A stretch of 41,838 bases of DNA from a virus (lineage: Duplodnaviria > Caudoviricetes), in IMG/VR virus record IMGVR_UViG_3300048901_000018, positions 1-41,838 of that record; one strand, written 5' to 3'. The notes beneath the pieces are model-generated. The model had not been told where the DNA came from. It was given only the letters and a program-made list of their open reading frames with translations, and did no database searches. Position 1 is the first letter of the stretch. Every line of letters begins with the position of its first letter. The translations under genes were made by a program, and so were the position numbers. Positions 1 to 8,005 of the stretch are shown in pieces.

Positions 1-28
1 TGACATGGTAGTTACTATGTGCTAATGT
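1..28 (+). promoter_or_regulatory. Putative sigma70-type promoter, -35 cut by the window edge
   Basis: TGACA (1-5), 17-nt spacer, then TGc-TAATGT extended -10 (23-28), upstream of the first ORF. Confidence 0.5.
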
Positions 29-50
29 AATACAATCGCTATCAAATTGT

Positions 51-383
51 ATGCAGGTTGACATTATGCACAAATATGTAGCAGAGGAAGCGCACAAAAA
101 GGTTTGGCATGCCTATACAGGACAAAAAGGCATGGCTAAAACCAGAGGAATAAGATGGAATTTAACCTTTGAGGAGTGGTGTGATATTTGGTTTGCCTCT
201 GGTAAATGGGCCGAACGTGGTAAAGGTGGAAACCAATACTGTATGGCTCGCAAACATGATGAAGGCAGCTATTCAGTTGATAACGTTGTGATTATTACCA
301 ATAGAGAGAATATGAGAGAAAAGACGCCTGCCCGTTGGCGTAATCAATACGGGGAAGGAAAAACTAAGAACACGGCACCCTGA
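51..383 (+). CDS. Putative HNH-like (His-Me finger) endonuclease-family phage protein
   Basis: RGIRWNLTFEEW...YCMARKHDEGSYSVDNVVIITNREN resembles the R.D.G.Y...NV.....N pattern of HNH-like phage proteins. Confidence 0.5.
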   Translation: MQVDIMHKYVAEEAHKKVWHAYTGQKGMAKTRGIRWNLTFEEWCDIWFASGKWAERGKGGNQYCMARKHDEGSYSVDNVVIITNRENMREKTPARWRNQYGEGKTKNTAP

Positions 384-425
384 ACACTTGCCGTGTGAGT
401 CGCACGAAAACAGGAGTCACAAGTG

Positions 426-773
426 ATGACAGAGAACCTGCATAAAGCAGAGCCGCATATCATTGCGGCTATTCGGCGTTTGGAAATGATGCTTTGGTTT
501 GTGAGGAATAAAAAGCTCGCTCCTCACGTTCATATTCCAAAGTATTACGATCTGGTTATGAATGACATGGTGGCGCTACAGAGTGCCCTGTGTTCCGACG
601 ATGAGTACACCGAAGCTGTGGCTCAAAGTTTGGCCCGTGTGAATCACACGAGGGAATACAACTACAACGTGACCGCCAACGATAAAGGCGAAATCCATTA
701 CATGATTGACGCTGCGTTGCCTCTCAAAGAGATGAAAGAGAATGTCATCTTTGTGCGGAGAGAAGAGCCATGA
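426..773 (+). CDS. Hypothetical early protein
   Basis: ATG at 426 after CAGGAG. A one-mismatch palindrome lies upstream (393) and a perfect copy inside (637, VNHT). Confidence 0.7.
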   Translation: MTENLHKAEPHIIAAIRRLEMMLWFVRNKKLAPHVHIPKYYDLVMNDMVALQSALCSDDEYTEAVAQSLARVNHTREYNYNVTANDKGEIHYMIDAALPLKEMKENVIFVRREEP

Positions 774-1138
774 CTGGAACAAGGTCGAGGTTCGAGCAAG
801 CCAAGCCGCTTACGTTAGAGCGGCTGCAAGATTTCGTTGCGATCGACTGTTTGACTGCCCAAGTGCCACTGATCGAGGTATCGCGTAAAGGTGGAATGCG
901 TATCTGGGTCGCTTACGATCCGTCTCGTACTTATGGCACTTATATGGAGGTAGGTCCAAATGGACTCGTGCGCACTATCACAGTATATCTTTCGGGGAGG
1001 AAGAATGAGGTCATCAACAGACCATCGTATAAAATTACTAGAGTTCCTAAGGGAAAGAGACTATATTCTGCGGTACCAAAATCCCGACGCTTTAAGGGAG
1101 TTTCTAAAGAAGCGAAACCTACCAGTGCCGAGGAGTAA
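770..1138 (+). CDS. Hypothetical protein
   Basis: ATGA overlap with the previous stop; basic C-terminal tail overlaps the next gene. Confidence 0.6.
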   Translation: MTGTRSRFEQAKPLTLERLQDFVAIDCLTAQVPLIEVSRKGGMRIWVAYDPSRTYGTYMEVGPNGLVRTITVYLSGRKNEVINRPSYKITRVPKGKRLYSAVPKSRRFKGVSKEAKPTSAEE

Positions 1139-1271
1139 AGCTGTGATGGAAATCACTTGGCACAAAAGCATCACGGCGGCCAAGAACTTACCAAAGGAAT
1201 ATAGGTTAAAGAGTAAGAAGTGGTTAGAAGTTCGGGGTTATCATGCGCTTGATGATGGGGATTTAGAATGA
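1005..1271 (+). CDS. Conserved-looking phage hypothetical protein
   Basis: GGGGAGG RBS before ATG 1005. The ERD..L...HK..T....LP...R..S..WL..RG pattern is familiar from small phage proteins. Confidence 0.7.
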   Translation: MRSSTDHRIKLLEFLRERDYILRYQNPDALREFLKKRNLPVPRSKAVMEITWHKSITAAKNLPKEYRLKSKKWLEVRGYHALDDGDLE

Positions 1272-1678
1272 GAGGAGGTTGGGTATGCACAATTAAAAAA
1301 TGTAAGGATAAGAACATGGGCTATCCAGTCTCATCACTGGTTCGGTCTAACTTTAAATTTACGTCTAAGGGTGAACCTATATGTCTTGATTGTTGGTCTA
1401 GATGGGGATTTAGAATGAAAACGCGAGCCAAGATGATTGATGTTGAGGGAGAGTCGCTGTGTATTGTTGAGATTGATGGTGGTACATTGCGTAGTGCTGT
1501 CCAAGCTGCGGTCGGTCGTTTGATTCACACGGCGGATGCAAACGCAGATTTGAACTGGACACACATTGAGATATACGTGAACAGATGGATGGTGGATGAT
1601 GACGGTAACACTCGCCCTGCGGAACTTGAAGGAAGCAATAGAGATACTAAAGAGGGAGCCTCGAACAAAGGAACGTGA
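1268..1678 (+). CDS. Hypothetical protein with N-terminal Cys pairs (alternative start at 1415)
   Basis: ATGA overlap with the previous stop; CTIKKC and CLDC motifs. Confidence 0.55.
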   Translation: MRGGWVCTIKKCKDKNMGYPVSSLVRSNFKFTSKGEPICLDCWSRWGFRMKTRAKMIDVEGESLCIVEIDGGTLRSAVQAAVGRLIHTADANADLNWTHIEIYVNRWMVDDDGNTRPAELEGSNRDTKEGASNKGT

Positions 1679-1742
1679 CGAAGTTCTCAAGCAACTGGAA
1701 GATGCTCTGCAAGAGTTGCAGGATATCTGGAGGAGGGTTTGA
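1596..1742 (+). CDS. 48-aa helical protein not in the ORF track
   Basis: Manual translation MMTVTLALRNLKEAIEILKREPRTKERDEVLKQLEDALQELQDIWRRV. It fills the gap, and its stop overlaps the next start. Confidence 0.55.
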   Translation: MMTVTLALRNLKEAIEILKREPRTKERDEVLKQLEDALQELQDIWRRV

Positions 1743-2023
1743 TGACTGATAGGTTGTTGGGTGGACAGGCGGCCGATAGGTTACCGAACGACATACCTGT
1801 GCAGGAATGTCTCAAGATAGCTGATAAGTTGATCCGTGAGGGTCATCAGGTGTATCAGAAGTTCACTTGTAGTAAGTGTCAGTCACGTCAGACGATTGAT
1901 ATGCCTGATACGTTCTACGCGAAGGGTCGATGTGAGGAGTGCAGTCACATTACCGATATTGAGAAGAAGGGCTGTGGGTTCTTGGTGATAATGAGGATGA
2001 AACATGGGAGTGATACAGTTTAG
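1739..2023 (+). CDS. Zinc-ribbon protein
   Basis: CSKC...CEEC motifs; GGAGGAGG RBS. Confidence 0.7.
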   Translation: MMTDRLLGGQAADRLPNDIPVQECLKIADKLIREGHQVYQKFTCSKCQSRQTIDMPDTFYAKGRCEECSHITDIEKKGCGFLVIMRMKHGSDTV

Positions 2024-2210
2024 AATTGGTCGGAGGCATGGCAAAGCAGGATTGCCATATCTGATCCACCGAAATCAGCGGCGCTATGATGGTGCCTCTG
2101 ATAACGACTCGTACTTACACGGTTACAAGTACGGGGAGAAAGAGCGTAGGATGAGTTTTTCAGAGCGTGTGACTCACACGAAAACAGGAGAAGAGAATGT
2201 CGGAAGTTAA
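2004..2210 (+). CDS. Hypothetical protein
   Basis: Fills the gap between coupled genes; contains the palindrome at 2167 (VTHT). Confidence 0.5.
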   Translation: MGVIQFRIGRRHGKAGLPYLIHRNQRRYDGASDNDSYLHGYKYGEKERRMSFSERVTHTKTGEENVGS

Positions 2211-2637
2211 GACGAACTTAGGTTTACAGGCTCAGGTGTGGATGGATTTGGATCGTCTACAGGATCGGTTGTCTTTCCCATCACGTTCGAATGCAGGCAA
2301 AGATTTTGCAATGCTGTTTGTGTGGAAGCTCATTGAGCAAGTCTCGGGGAAGAAATACAAAGAGCTTATGGACAAGCTGATTTCTGATGGTAGGCTTGTC
2401 GATCCACAAACCCTCTCGTTTGCAGGCAACCACGTTCTTGGCGAAGCCGGTAGGTACATTGTGCAAGTCAATGTGTCCGTGCCGCGCAGGGAGTTCAACG
2501 CTGATTGGCTCGCGAACAGGTTGCTAAAGGACTATAAGGTTCCCCATGCAATCACTCGACAGTTGATTGAGGAAGCCAAACGTCCGGGCAATACGCAGGT
2601 GCGGCGTGTCACCGTTGCGGAAAAGGGAGAGGCGTGA
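2197..2637 (+). CDS. Hypothetical protein
   Basis: Preceded by palindrome plus GAAAACAGGAG, the same context as upstream of 426. Confidence 0.75.
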   Translation: MSEVKTNLGLQAQVWMDLDRLQDRLSFPSRSNAGKDFAMLFVWKLIEQVSGKKYKELMDKLISDGRLVDPQTLSFAGNHVLGEAGRYIVQVNVSVPRREFNADWLANRLLKDYKVPHAITRQLIEEAKRPGNTQVRRVTVAEKGEA

Positions 2638-2846
2638 TGGCTACAGTGTCGAAAGAGATAGCTGATAAGATCATGGCTAACGGTGGTTATTATTCCGACG
2701 ATCCTCGCGTGATGCAAGTGGTCAAGTATGACAACTTCGAGGGCCAGCCAGCATATGCGATCTTGTACGCTCAAGATATAGCGGCTGATCGATATCGTCC
2801 CACCCAATACGTCAACAATCCAAAAGTCATTTGGAGGGCGACGTAA
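2634..2846 (+). CDS. Hypothetical protein
   Basis: GGGAGAGG RBS and overlapping start/stop. Confidence 0.7.
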   Translation: MMATVSKEIADKIMANGGYYSDDPRVMQVVKYDNFEGQPAYAILYAQDIAADRYRPTQYVNNPKVIWRAT

Positions 2847-3154
2847 TGCCTTTGGTACTCGCACCATCATTTGATGATCACACTCGCGAGCAAGTCGAAG
2901 CTCACTTAGAGCAAGTTCGTATTCGGCGTCTCGCCGGGGCCTTGGAATACCAACAGTCTAAGCTTCTCAGACTAGAGAAGGATAACAACTCGGTTACGAA
3001 TAAACTCATTCGTAATTACGAACAGATGGGTAAGGCGTTAGCTCGTCTGGATAAAGACCTAGAGAAGATCGAAGGGTATCTGGCTACGTGTCAAATGCTA
3101 AAGACCGAAGCCGACTTGAACATGGATCGCATCACACTGGCGAAAAGGAAATAG
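2846..3154 (+). CDS. Coiled-coil hypothetical protein
   Basis: TAATG overlap, GGAGG RBS, heptad-like sequence. Confidence 0.7.
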   Translation: MPLVLAPSFDDHTREQVEAHLEQVRIRRLAGALEYQQSKLLRLEKDNNSVTNKLIRNYEQMGKALARLDKDLEKIEGYLATCQMLKTEADLNMDRITLAKRK

Positions 3155-3155
3155 A

Positions 3156-3509
3156 ATGCCCCCAGAGAATTATGAGTTCCAGACGGGAACGCCTGAACAG
3201 GTTGAAGTGTTCATGGATATACAGCGTTTGATCGTGAAGCTATTCAACAGTTGGCCGGGAGATACTGCCATTGCGGTGTTTGGGGCTGCGTTGGGTAGTG
3301 CAATTGCATTGATTGAAGGACAGTACAAACAACACCTTGACGAGTGTCCTGTTTGTAGGGGCGAAATTGATGAGGCTATGGTGGAGTTGCATACCACAGC
3401 CATTAACAACCTCGAATACTACTATCAGTTGGTAGTGGCGGATCGTGAGCATATACAGGATATTGCCAAGGATTTGGTGGAGGGGTTCTTCAAAGGGAGG
3501 ACACACTGA
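3156..3509 (+). CDS. Hypothetical protein
   Basis: Tightly packed ORF with a CPVC motif. Confidence 0.65.
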   Translation: MPPENYEFQTGTPEQVEVFMDIQRLIVKLFNSWPGDTAIAVFGAALGSAIALIEGQYKQHLDECPVCRGEIDEAMVELHTTAINNLEYYYQLVVADREHIQDIAKDLVEGFFKGRTH

Positions 3510-3787
3510 TGGACTGGAACACTTTCAACAAAGAACTACAAAACAGAGTGAGTGATCCGGGCATAAGGTATATGCTTGGAATTGTGTATGAGCGCCAACT
3601 CCATATGGCGAAGCAAGTGGATGCGTGTTCGAGTATCGTGAATGAGTTAGCTAACGTTATGGGAAACTTTGTGACTCTGCATGAGGTACTCGATGGAAGG
3701 CTTAAAGACCTTAATAAGCATGTTAGAGGCGACGTTGATGGTGTCGAGCTTGACTCTGTGCCTATCACTAACGACGATCCCAACTAG
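3509..3787 (+). CDS. Hypothetical protein
   Basis: GGGAGG RBS and TGATG overlap. Confidence 0.7.
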   Translation: MDWNTFNKELQNRVSDPGIRYMLGIVYERQLHMAKQVDACSSIVNELANVMGNFVTLHEVLDGRLKDLNKHVRGDVDGVELDSVPITNDDPN

Positions 3788-3959
3788 AGCAGATGATTTC
3801 GTTGATCGATGGCCGCACCCAACAAGCGTTGAGCCTGCTCCAGTTGAACAGGTTCGTGTTAAGGTCAAGAAACACCGTGTGACTCACACGAAGCGGTTTG
3901 TGTGTCACAAGCGATACTACTACAAACGCGGCTATCGATATTGGAGATGTAAGCGATGA
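3720..3959 (+). CDS. Small basic protein with signal-peptide-like N-terminus
   Basis: Hydrophobic MLEATLMVSSLTLCLSL...TRA/DD followed by a K/R/H/Y-rich tail; stop overlaps the next ATG. Confidence 0.55.
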   Translation: MLEATLMVSSLTLCLSLTTIPTRADDFVDRWPHPTSVEPAPVEQVRVKVKKHRVTHTKRFVCHKRYYYKRGYRYWRCKR

Positions 3960-4204
3960 CTGAGATTGATCCACTGTTCAAAGAGATGATGAATGATCTG
4001 GCTGGCTTCTTGGATCAGATGTTCAATGGTGATCTGAGGGGTGGCGACCGTAAGAACGCATTTGTGCTGCTCGTTATGCCGTTCAATGGTCCTCCGGGGG
4101 CGCGAACCAATTACATCTCGAATGCTAAGCGGGAGAGCATCATCGAGATGATGGAAGAGGTTGTTGCTAGGTTTAAGAAAACAGGAGGGATAGATACGCC
4201 ATGA
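3956..4204 (+). CDS. Hypothetical protein
   Basis: ATGA overlaps at both ends; FVLLV.PF.....RTNYISNA.R pattern seen in small phage proteins. Confidence 0.7.
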   Translation: MTEIDPLFKEMMNDLAGFLDQMFNGDLRGGDRKNAFVLLVMPFNGPPGARTNYISNAKRESIIEMMEEVVARFKKTGGIDTP

Positions 4205-4536
4205 GTTACCGTTACGTCACAATCAAGCCTGATGGCGAACTGATATCAACCGTAGAGAAGAAACCACCGGATTGGAAGGTAATCCAAAAATATGTGGAGG
4301 GATCGTTTCAGGTTATTCCATATTTCTCTTCGTTGGAGTTTGATGGCAGGAAGCTTAATCGTGGAACTGCGTATGCCAACGAGGAAGGGTACATCAAGGG
4401 TATGGCATTTAATCCTCTCGCCTCGGCGTGTTGGATGAAAGCGTGTCCTAAGGGGGAACCGCGTCGCATGCAATTGTGCGGCCCGGTATTGTTTGTGGCG
4501 AAGGAGAAGGAGCCACAGAATGTCCAAGCAAGTTAA
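4201..4536 (+). CDS. DUF3846-like phage protein
   Basis: IQKYVEG...YANEEG...FNPLA...LCGPVLFV matches the Q..V.G / NEEG / N..A / G.V pattern of DUF3846. Confidence 0.65.
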   Translation: MSYRYVTIKPDGELISTVEKKPPDWKVIQKYVEGSFQVIPYFSSLEFDGRKLNRGTAYANEEGYIKGMAFNPLASACWMKACPKGEPRRMQLCGPVLFVAKEKEPQNVQAS

Positions 4537-4909
4537 GGGCTTCCTCGCTCCTGATGGTACGTTCTTCGATCATGAGCCAGAGTGCAGGCGTTACGAATCG
4601 ATGAAGAACTTAGAGCGTGTGTGTGATTCACACGGAACCAACTTCGAAAACTTCATGATCTGTCTGAATGCGTGGCACAAGACAATAAAGGAATACTACA
4701 ATGCGGACTCAAAGTGTAAAGCCCCCGAAGTCGGAAAGAAAGATACCGTCGAGTTCAGAAACGAAGGAACTGACGAAGTTATTGAGAGAAACGACGGAGA
4801 TGAATACGACTACTCACTTCCACGAACTGAGGGAGATACTCCCGACCCTACCGGCGGAGACAAAGACGCTCCGGGCTTTCTCGAACAGTCGTTTAGAAAG
4901 TATAAGTGA
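4520..4909 (+). CDS. Hypothetical protein with acidic C-terminus
   Basis: AAGGAG RBS before ATG 4520 (MSKQVKGFLAPDGTFF); contains the palindrome at 4621 (CDSH). Confidence 0.65.
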   Translation: MSKQVKGFLAPDGTFFDHEPECRRYESMKNLERVCDSHGTNFENFMICLNAWHKTIKEYYNADSKCKAPEVGKKDTVEFRNEGTDEVIERNDGDEYDYSLPRTEGDTPDPTGGDKDAPGFLEQSFRKYK

Positions 4910-5870
4910 ATGCCCTACATTCGGTGTTATCCACATGCAACGTCAGTATCCCCAACACGGGCGTGCTTTGGCTTTAGAGGCTGGGGAGGCTATGCATCAG
5001 TTTTTCGCTGCGATGAGGTGCTGGCAACTGTGGAAGTTTCAGGGTTTGCCGGAACACGCGCAGCTTACTGGGGAGAGGATATTCGGCGTCGAAAGATGGA
5101 TCGAGATTTGGAAAGCTTGTGTGAAACACACGAGCGACATGGATCAGATCGCCCAACTCGCGTTTGACGTTCTCAATACGTCAGGGTATTACGACGATCC
5201 AAAGGATAAGAATCGTACCCTTGCCAACATGCAAACCGCTGCGGTAGTATATGCGAGGGAAACATATCCGTATCTTTATGCTTGGCCCATATGGGTTGAT
5301 AATCCGAAAGACCCATTGAAACCCACTGGTGTCGAACAAGTGTTCGATGTAGTTCTAGAGTATATGGATGGCAAGCGCATTCGTTACATCGGAACTCTAG
5401 ACGGGATTCTGTGTAATGCTTCAAAGAACAATCGAGTTACTATGGCAGAAAACAAGACAGCCGCTCGAATGGACAAGGCGTGGATTGAGTCCTTTAAAAT
5501 GCGTCACCAGATCACAGGGTATATGGCGTGTGGAATGGCACTGTTTCAGTTTAGCATGTATCACGCGAGAGTGTATGGATGCAGACTTAAGCCAATGTAC
5601 CGTGGCGAGGATGTTCATGTGGAGCCTGTTTCTCGAACCAAAGATGATATTTTACATTGGGCCAATTGGGTACGTAGGCAAGTTGAGATATTTGAAGAGT
5701 ATCAAGTCGATTGGGAACATTCAGAGCGCCGCACTCATTCGTGTAATCGCTATTTCCGTCCGTGTGCGCTCATTCCATTCTGTGGTGACACTCCAGAAGG
5801 TCGCCGTGAACAGTGGGATCAAATGATTGATGCTGTTCCGTCCCCGAGCGAAAGGGCGTTGCAGGAATGA
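4701..5870 (+). CDS. Cas4-like / RecB-family PD-(D/E)xK exonuclease (start may be 4800)
   Basis: ECP, GEAMH, GVEQ, GTLDG, AENKT, QITGY and C-terminal C..(PC)...C, consistent with a 4-Cys Fe-S clamp. Confidence 0.8.
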   Translation: MRTQSVKPPKSERKIPSSSETKELTKLLRETTEMNTTTHFHELREILPTLPAETKTLRAFSNSRLESISECPTFGVIHMQRQYPQHGRALALEAGEAMHQFFAAMRCWQLWKFQGLPEHAQLTGERIFGVERWIEIWKACVKHTSDMDQIAQLAFDVLNTSGYYDDPKDKNRTLANMQTAAVVYARETYPYLYAWPIWVDNPKDPLKPTGVEQVFDVVLEYMDGKRIRYIGTLDGILCNASKNNRVTMAENKTAARMDKAWIESFKMRHQITGYMACGMALFQFSMYHARVYGCRLKPMYRGEDVHVEPVSRTKDDILHWANWVRRQVEIFEEYQVDWEHSERRTHSCNRYFRPCALIPFCGDTPEGRREQWDQMIDAVPSPSERALQE

Positions 5871-6775
5871 ACGACGTAGTAAAATTCCCCATTAAGAGGG
5901 GCGTCGATGCCAGCGTCAGGCTGTCCATGCTGATATGGGGACAGGCTGGCGCAGGTAAAACGACATATGCAGCGACGGCACCGGGGGACAAGCTTTGGTT
6001 GTCCTTTGGGGAAGGCGAGCATGTTAGTGTTAGTGCTAGAAGTGACGTGTTCGTGATGGATTTGTCTAGCGTCCCTGCGGATGAAGTATTCAAGCACGGT
6101 ATCGGTAGGAATGCCTTCGGGTTGGATCAGCAATTGTATGAACGCAGGAATATCAAAACCGTGGTTGTGGATAACCTCACGGCTATTCAGTATTTGGGCT
6201 TAGAAAAAGCTGTGGCAGATGGTATAGGCAAGAGTACCATGTTCACTCCGACCATGCAGTCTCCCGGTCGATCAGCCTATGGCGGGAGGAATGCCAATCT
6301 TATCGCATTGATGAAATCGTTATTGTTCATCACTGGTAAGCACCGGGTTAACATCATCTTCATTGCCCATGAGAATGATCCAGTAACCAAGATCGACAAT
6401 AAAGGTGTGGAGACAATTGAGCACATAGGCATGTCATTGGGTGGTCAACTAGTGAACAACGTATCTGCCCAGTTGTCAGAGATATGGAACTTTCGCCAAG
6501 AGCCTATGGGCAAGCGGAATCGCATCATTACCGTTCGAGTTTCAGGCTCGCGTAAACCGATGAAAACTAGGATGTTCGATCAGCGTGGTGAGTCGTCATT
6601 CGTGGTGAACTATGACCCCACTAAGCCAAATAACACATTGGGTCAAACCACAATTGCCGGGTTTTGGGAACAGTGGCACAAGTCAGGTATGCAGCGTATT
6701 CAAGTTCCTTCTACTCGCACAGGTGGCGACAAGGAAGATAACAACGTTATAAAGATTGGTCCGCACTCTGGTTAG
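5867..6775 (+). CDS. Sak4-like AAA ATPase (single-strand annealing protein)
   Basis: Walker A GQAGAGKT, Walker B TVVVDN, IIFIAHE; lies between a nuclease and an SSB. Confidence 0.8.
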   Translation: MNDVVKFPIKRGVDASVRLSMLIWGQAGAGKTTYAATAPGDKLWLSFGEGEHVSVSARSDVFVMDLSSVPADEVFKHGIGRNAFGLDQQLYERRNIKTVVVDNLTAIQYLGLEKAVADGIGKSTMFTPTMQSPGRSAYGGRNANLIALMKSLLFITGKHRVNIIFIAHENDPVTKIDNKGVETIEHIGMSLGGQLVNNVSAQLSEIWNFRQEPMGKRNRIITVRVSGSRKPMKTRMFDQRGESSFVVNYDPTKPNNTLGQTTIAGFWEQWHKSGMQRIQVPSTRTGGDKEDNNVIKIGPHSG

Positions 6776-6857
6776 TGTGAATCACACGAACTTCCGACCG
6801 GGGAAGTTCATCATTAACAAGGTGGGCCGGTCACCACCTAACTGAGAGTCCATTAAC

Positions 6858-7394
6858 ATGGCTGAACAGGAAGAACTTGGTATTATCTCGCTAGACGTCA
6901 ATCTGTCTGACGTGGAACGCCCGCCGGAGATACCCGTCGGGAAGTACGTCGGGGAGATTCAGTCTGTCGAGGTTAAGACCTCGGGGCAAGGAAACGAGTA
7001 TTTCGCGGTTCGTATTCTCGTCCCGGCTGAGAACATTCCCGCTGAGGTTGCGGAGCACTACGAGGATGGTGCTTTGTTCTTTTACAACCGCCTCTTGGTT
7101 CCGAAGGGGAATGATCGCAGGTCGCTATGGAACCTCCGTCAGTTCGTGGAGAAGCTTGGTCTCGATTCTAATACGAACGAGATCAACCCGAACGAATGGA
7201 TGAACCAGAACATCGGCATCAACGTCGGGACTGAGAAGAACCTCGAAGGTGAAATGAGGGCGAGCGTTCGCTCTCTCTTCGCCGCAGAGGAAGCCCCTCC
7301 GCGTGAGGAAGAGGCTGACGAGGTGGTCGAAGAGACTGTGGCTGCTAAAGCACCTGCGCGTGCTGCGGCCGGTGGTCGTGGTCGTCGCCGCTGA
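6858..7394 (+). CDS. Single-stranded DNA-binding protein, DUF669-like
   Basis: IPVGKY.GEI.SVEVKTS..GNEY pattern, acidic tail, adjacent to the Sak4-like gene. Confidence 0.7.
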   Translation: MAEQEELGIISLDVNLSDVERPPEIPVGKYVGEIQSVEVKTSGQGNEYFAVRILVPAENIPAEVAEHYEDGALFFYNRLLVPKGNDRRSLWNLRQFVEKLGLDSNTNEINPNEWMNQNIGINVGTEKNLEGEMRASVRSLFAAEEAPPREEEADEVVEETVAAKAPARAAAGGRGRRR

Positions 7395-7404
7395 GTAAGT
7401 CAAC

Positions 7405-7439
7405 GGGAGGGGGCAATTGTGCCCTCTCCCAACTCTTTT
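7405..7439 (+). terminator. Putative intrinsic terminator or stabilising hairpin after SSB
   Basis: GGGAGGGGGCA-ATTG-TGCCCTCTCCC followed by AACTCTTTT. Confidence 0.55.
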
Positions 7440-7449
7440 GGAGAATACA

Positions 7450-7671
7450 ATGTCTTTACATGATACTGCTTTCGAGTACCTCAAACCCACTGATGCTCAG
7501 ATGAAAACTATGTCTGATTGTCGCATGGCGTTCACTCAGTTCGCCAGCGAGATCGACAAGCTTCTCCCTGAGGGTCCAGACAAGACCCATATCATGCGTA
7601 GGTTGCGTGACTGTGCCATGTGGGCGAATGTCACAATCACTCGAAATCCTGACGGTTCACCGAGAGCCTAA
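7450..7671 (+). CDS. Acb2/Tad1-hairpin-like protein, candidate cyclic-nucleotide sponge
   Basis: GGAG RBS. F.Y..P...Q......R.......A..I...LP....K......L....MWAN..I.R helical-hairpin pattern. Confidence 0.55.
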   Translation: MSLHDTAFEYLKPTDAQMKTMSDCRMAFTQFASEIDKLLPEGPDKTHIMRRLRDCAMWANVTITRNPDGSPRA

Positions 7672-7678
7672 CAACAAC

Positions 7679-7705
7679 GGGGTCGTGTGATTCACACACG
7701 GCCCC
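7679..7705 (+). promoter_or_regulatory. Hairpin containing the 13-bp palindrome, upstream of the RHH gene
   Basis: GGGGTCGTGTG-ATTCA-CACACGGCCCC forms an 11-bp stem with one G-U pair on the + strand. Confidence 0.6.
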
Positions 7706-7726
7706 ACTTAACTGGAGAACATCGAA

Positions 7727-8005
7727 ATGTCTCAGGTTGATATGATCACAATATCGTTGAGTCCTCCCTATCCTGACGTGGGTATGTGCACCGCTGTCGT
7801 CAGGTTGAGAGGACAAGACAAATATCTCTTTGACACAGCAGCAAAGCACATGGGTATGCCGAATAGCGTTCTCATGAGGGTGCTGTTGGTCAAAGGTGCG
7901 GAGCGAATACTAAGAGAGTTAGGGATTGAGATTACTTACGAACAAAATGATAACATCGACCTAACTAAAGGTGAGGTACTAATCGATGAAAAGGCAGGAG
8001 ATTGA
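7727..8005 (+). CDS. Ribbon-helix-helix (CopG/Arc-like) DNA-binding protein
   Basis: TAVVRL strand, QDKYLFDTAAKHMG helix and MPNSVLMRVLL helix give the typical RHH signature; GGAG RBS. Confidence 0.65.
   Translation: MSQVDMITISLSPPYPDVGMCTAVVRLRGQDKYLFDTAAKHMGMPNSVLMRVLLVKGAERILRELGIEITYEQNDNIDLTKGEVLIDEKAGD

Noticed and set aside
4701-5870. Cas4-like gene as part of a CRISPR-Cas system
   Set aside because: No cas1/cas2 or array; it sits in a standard phage recombination module.
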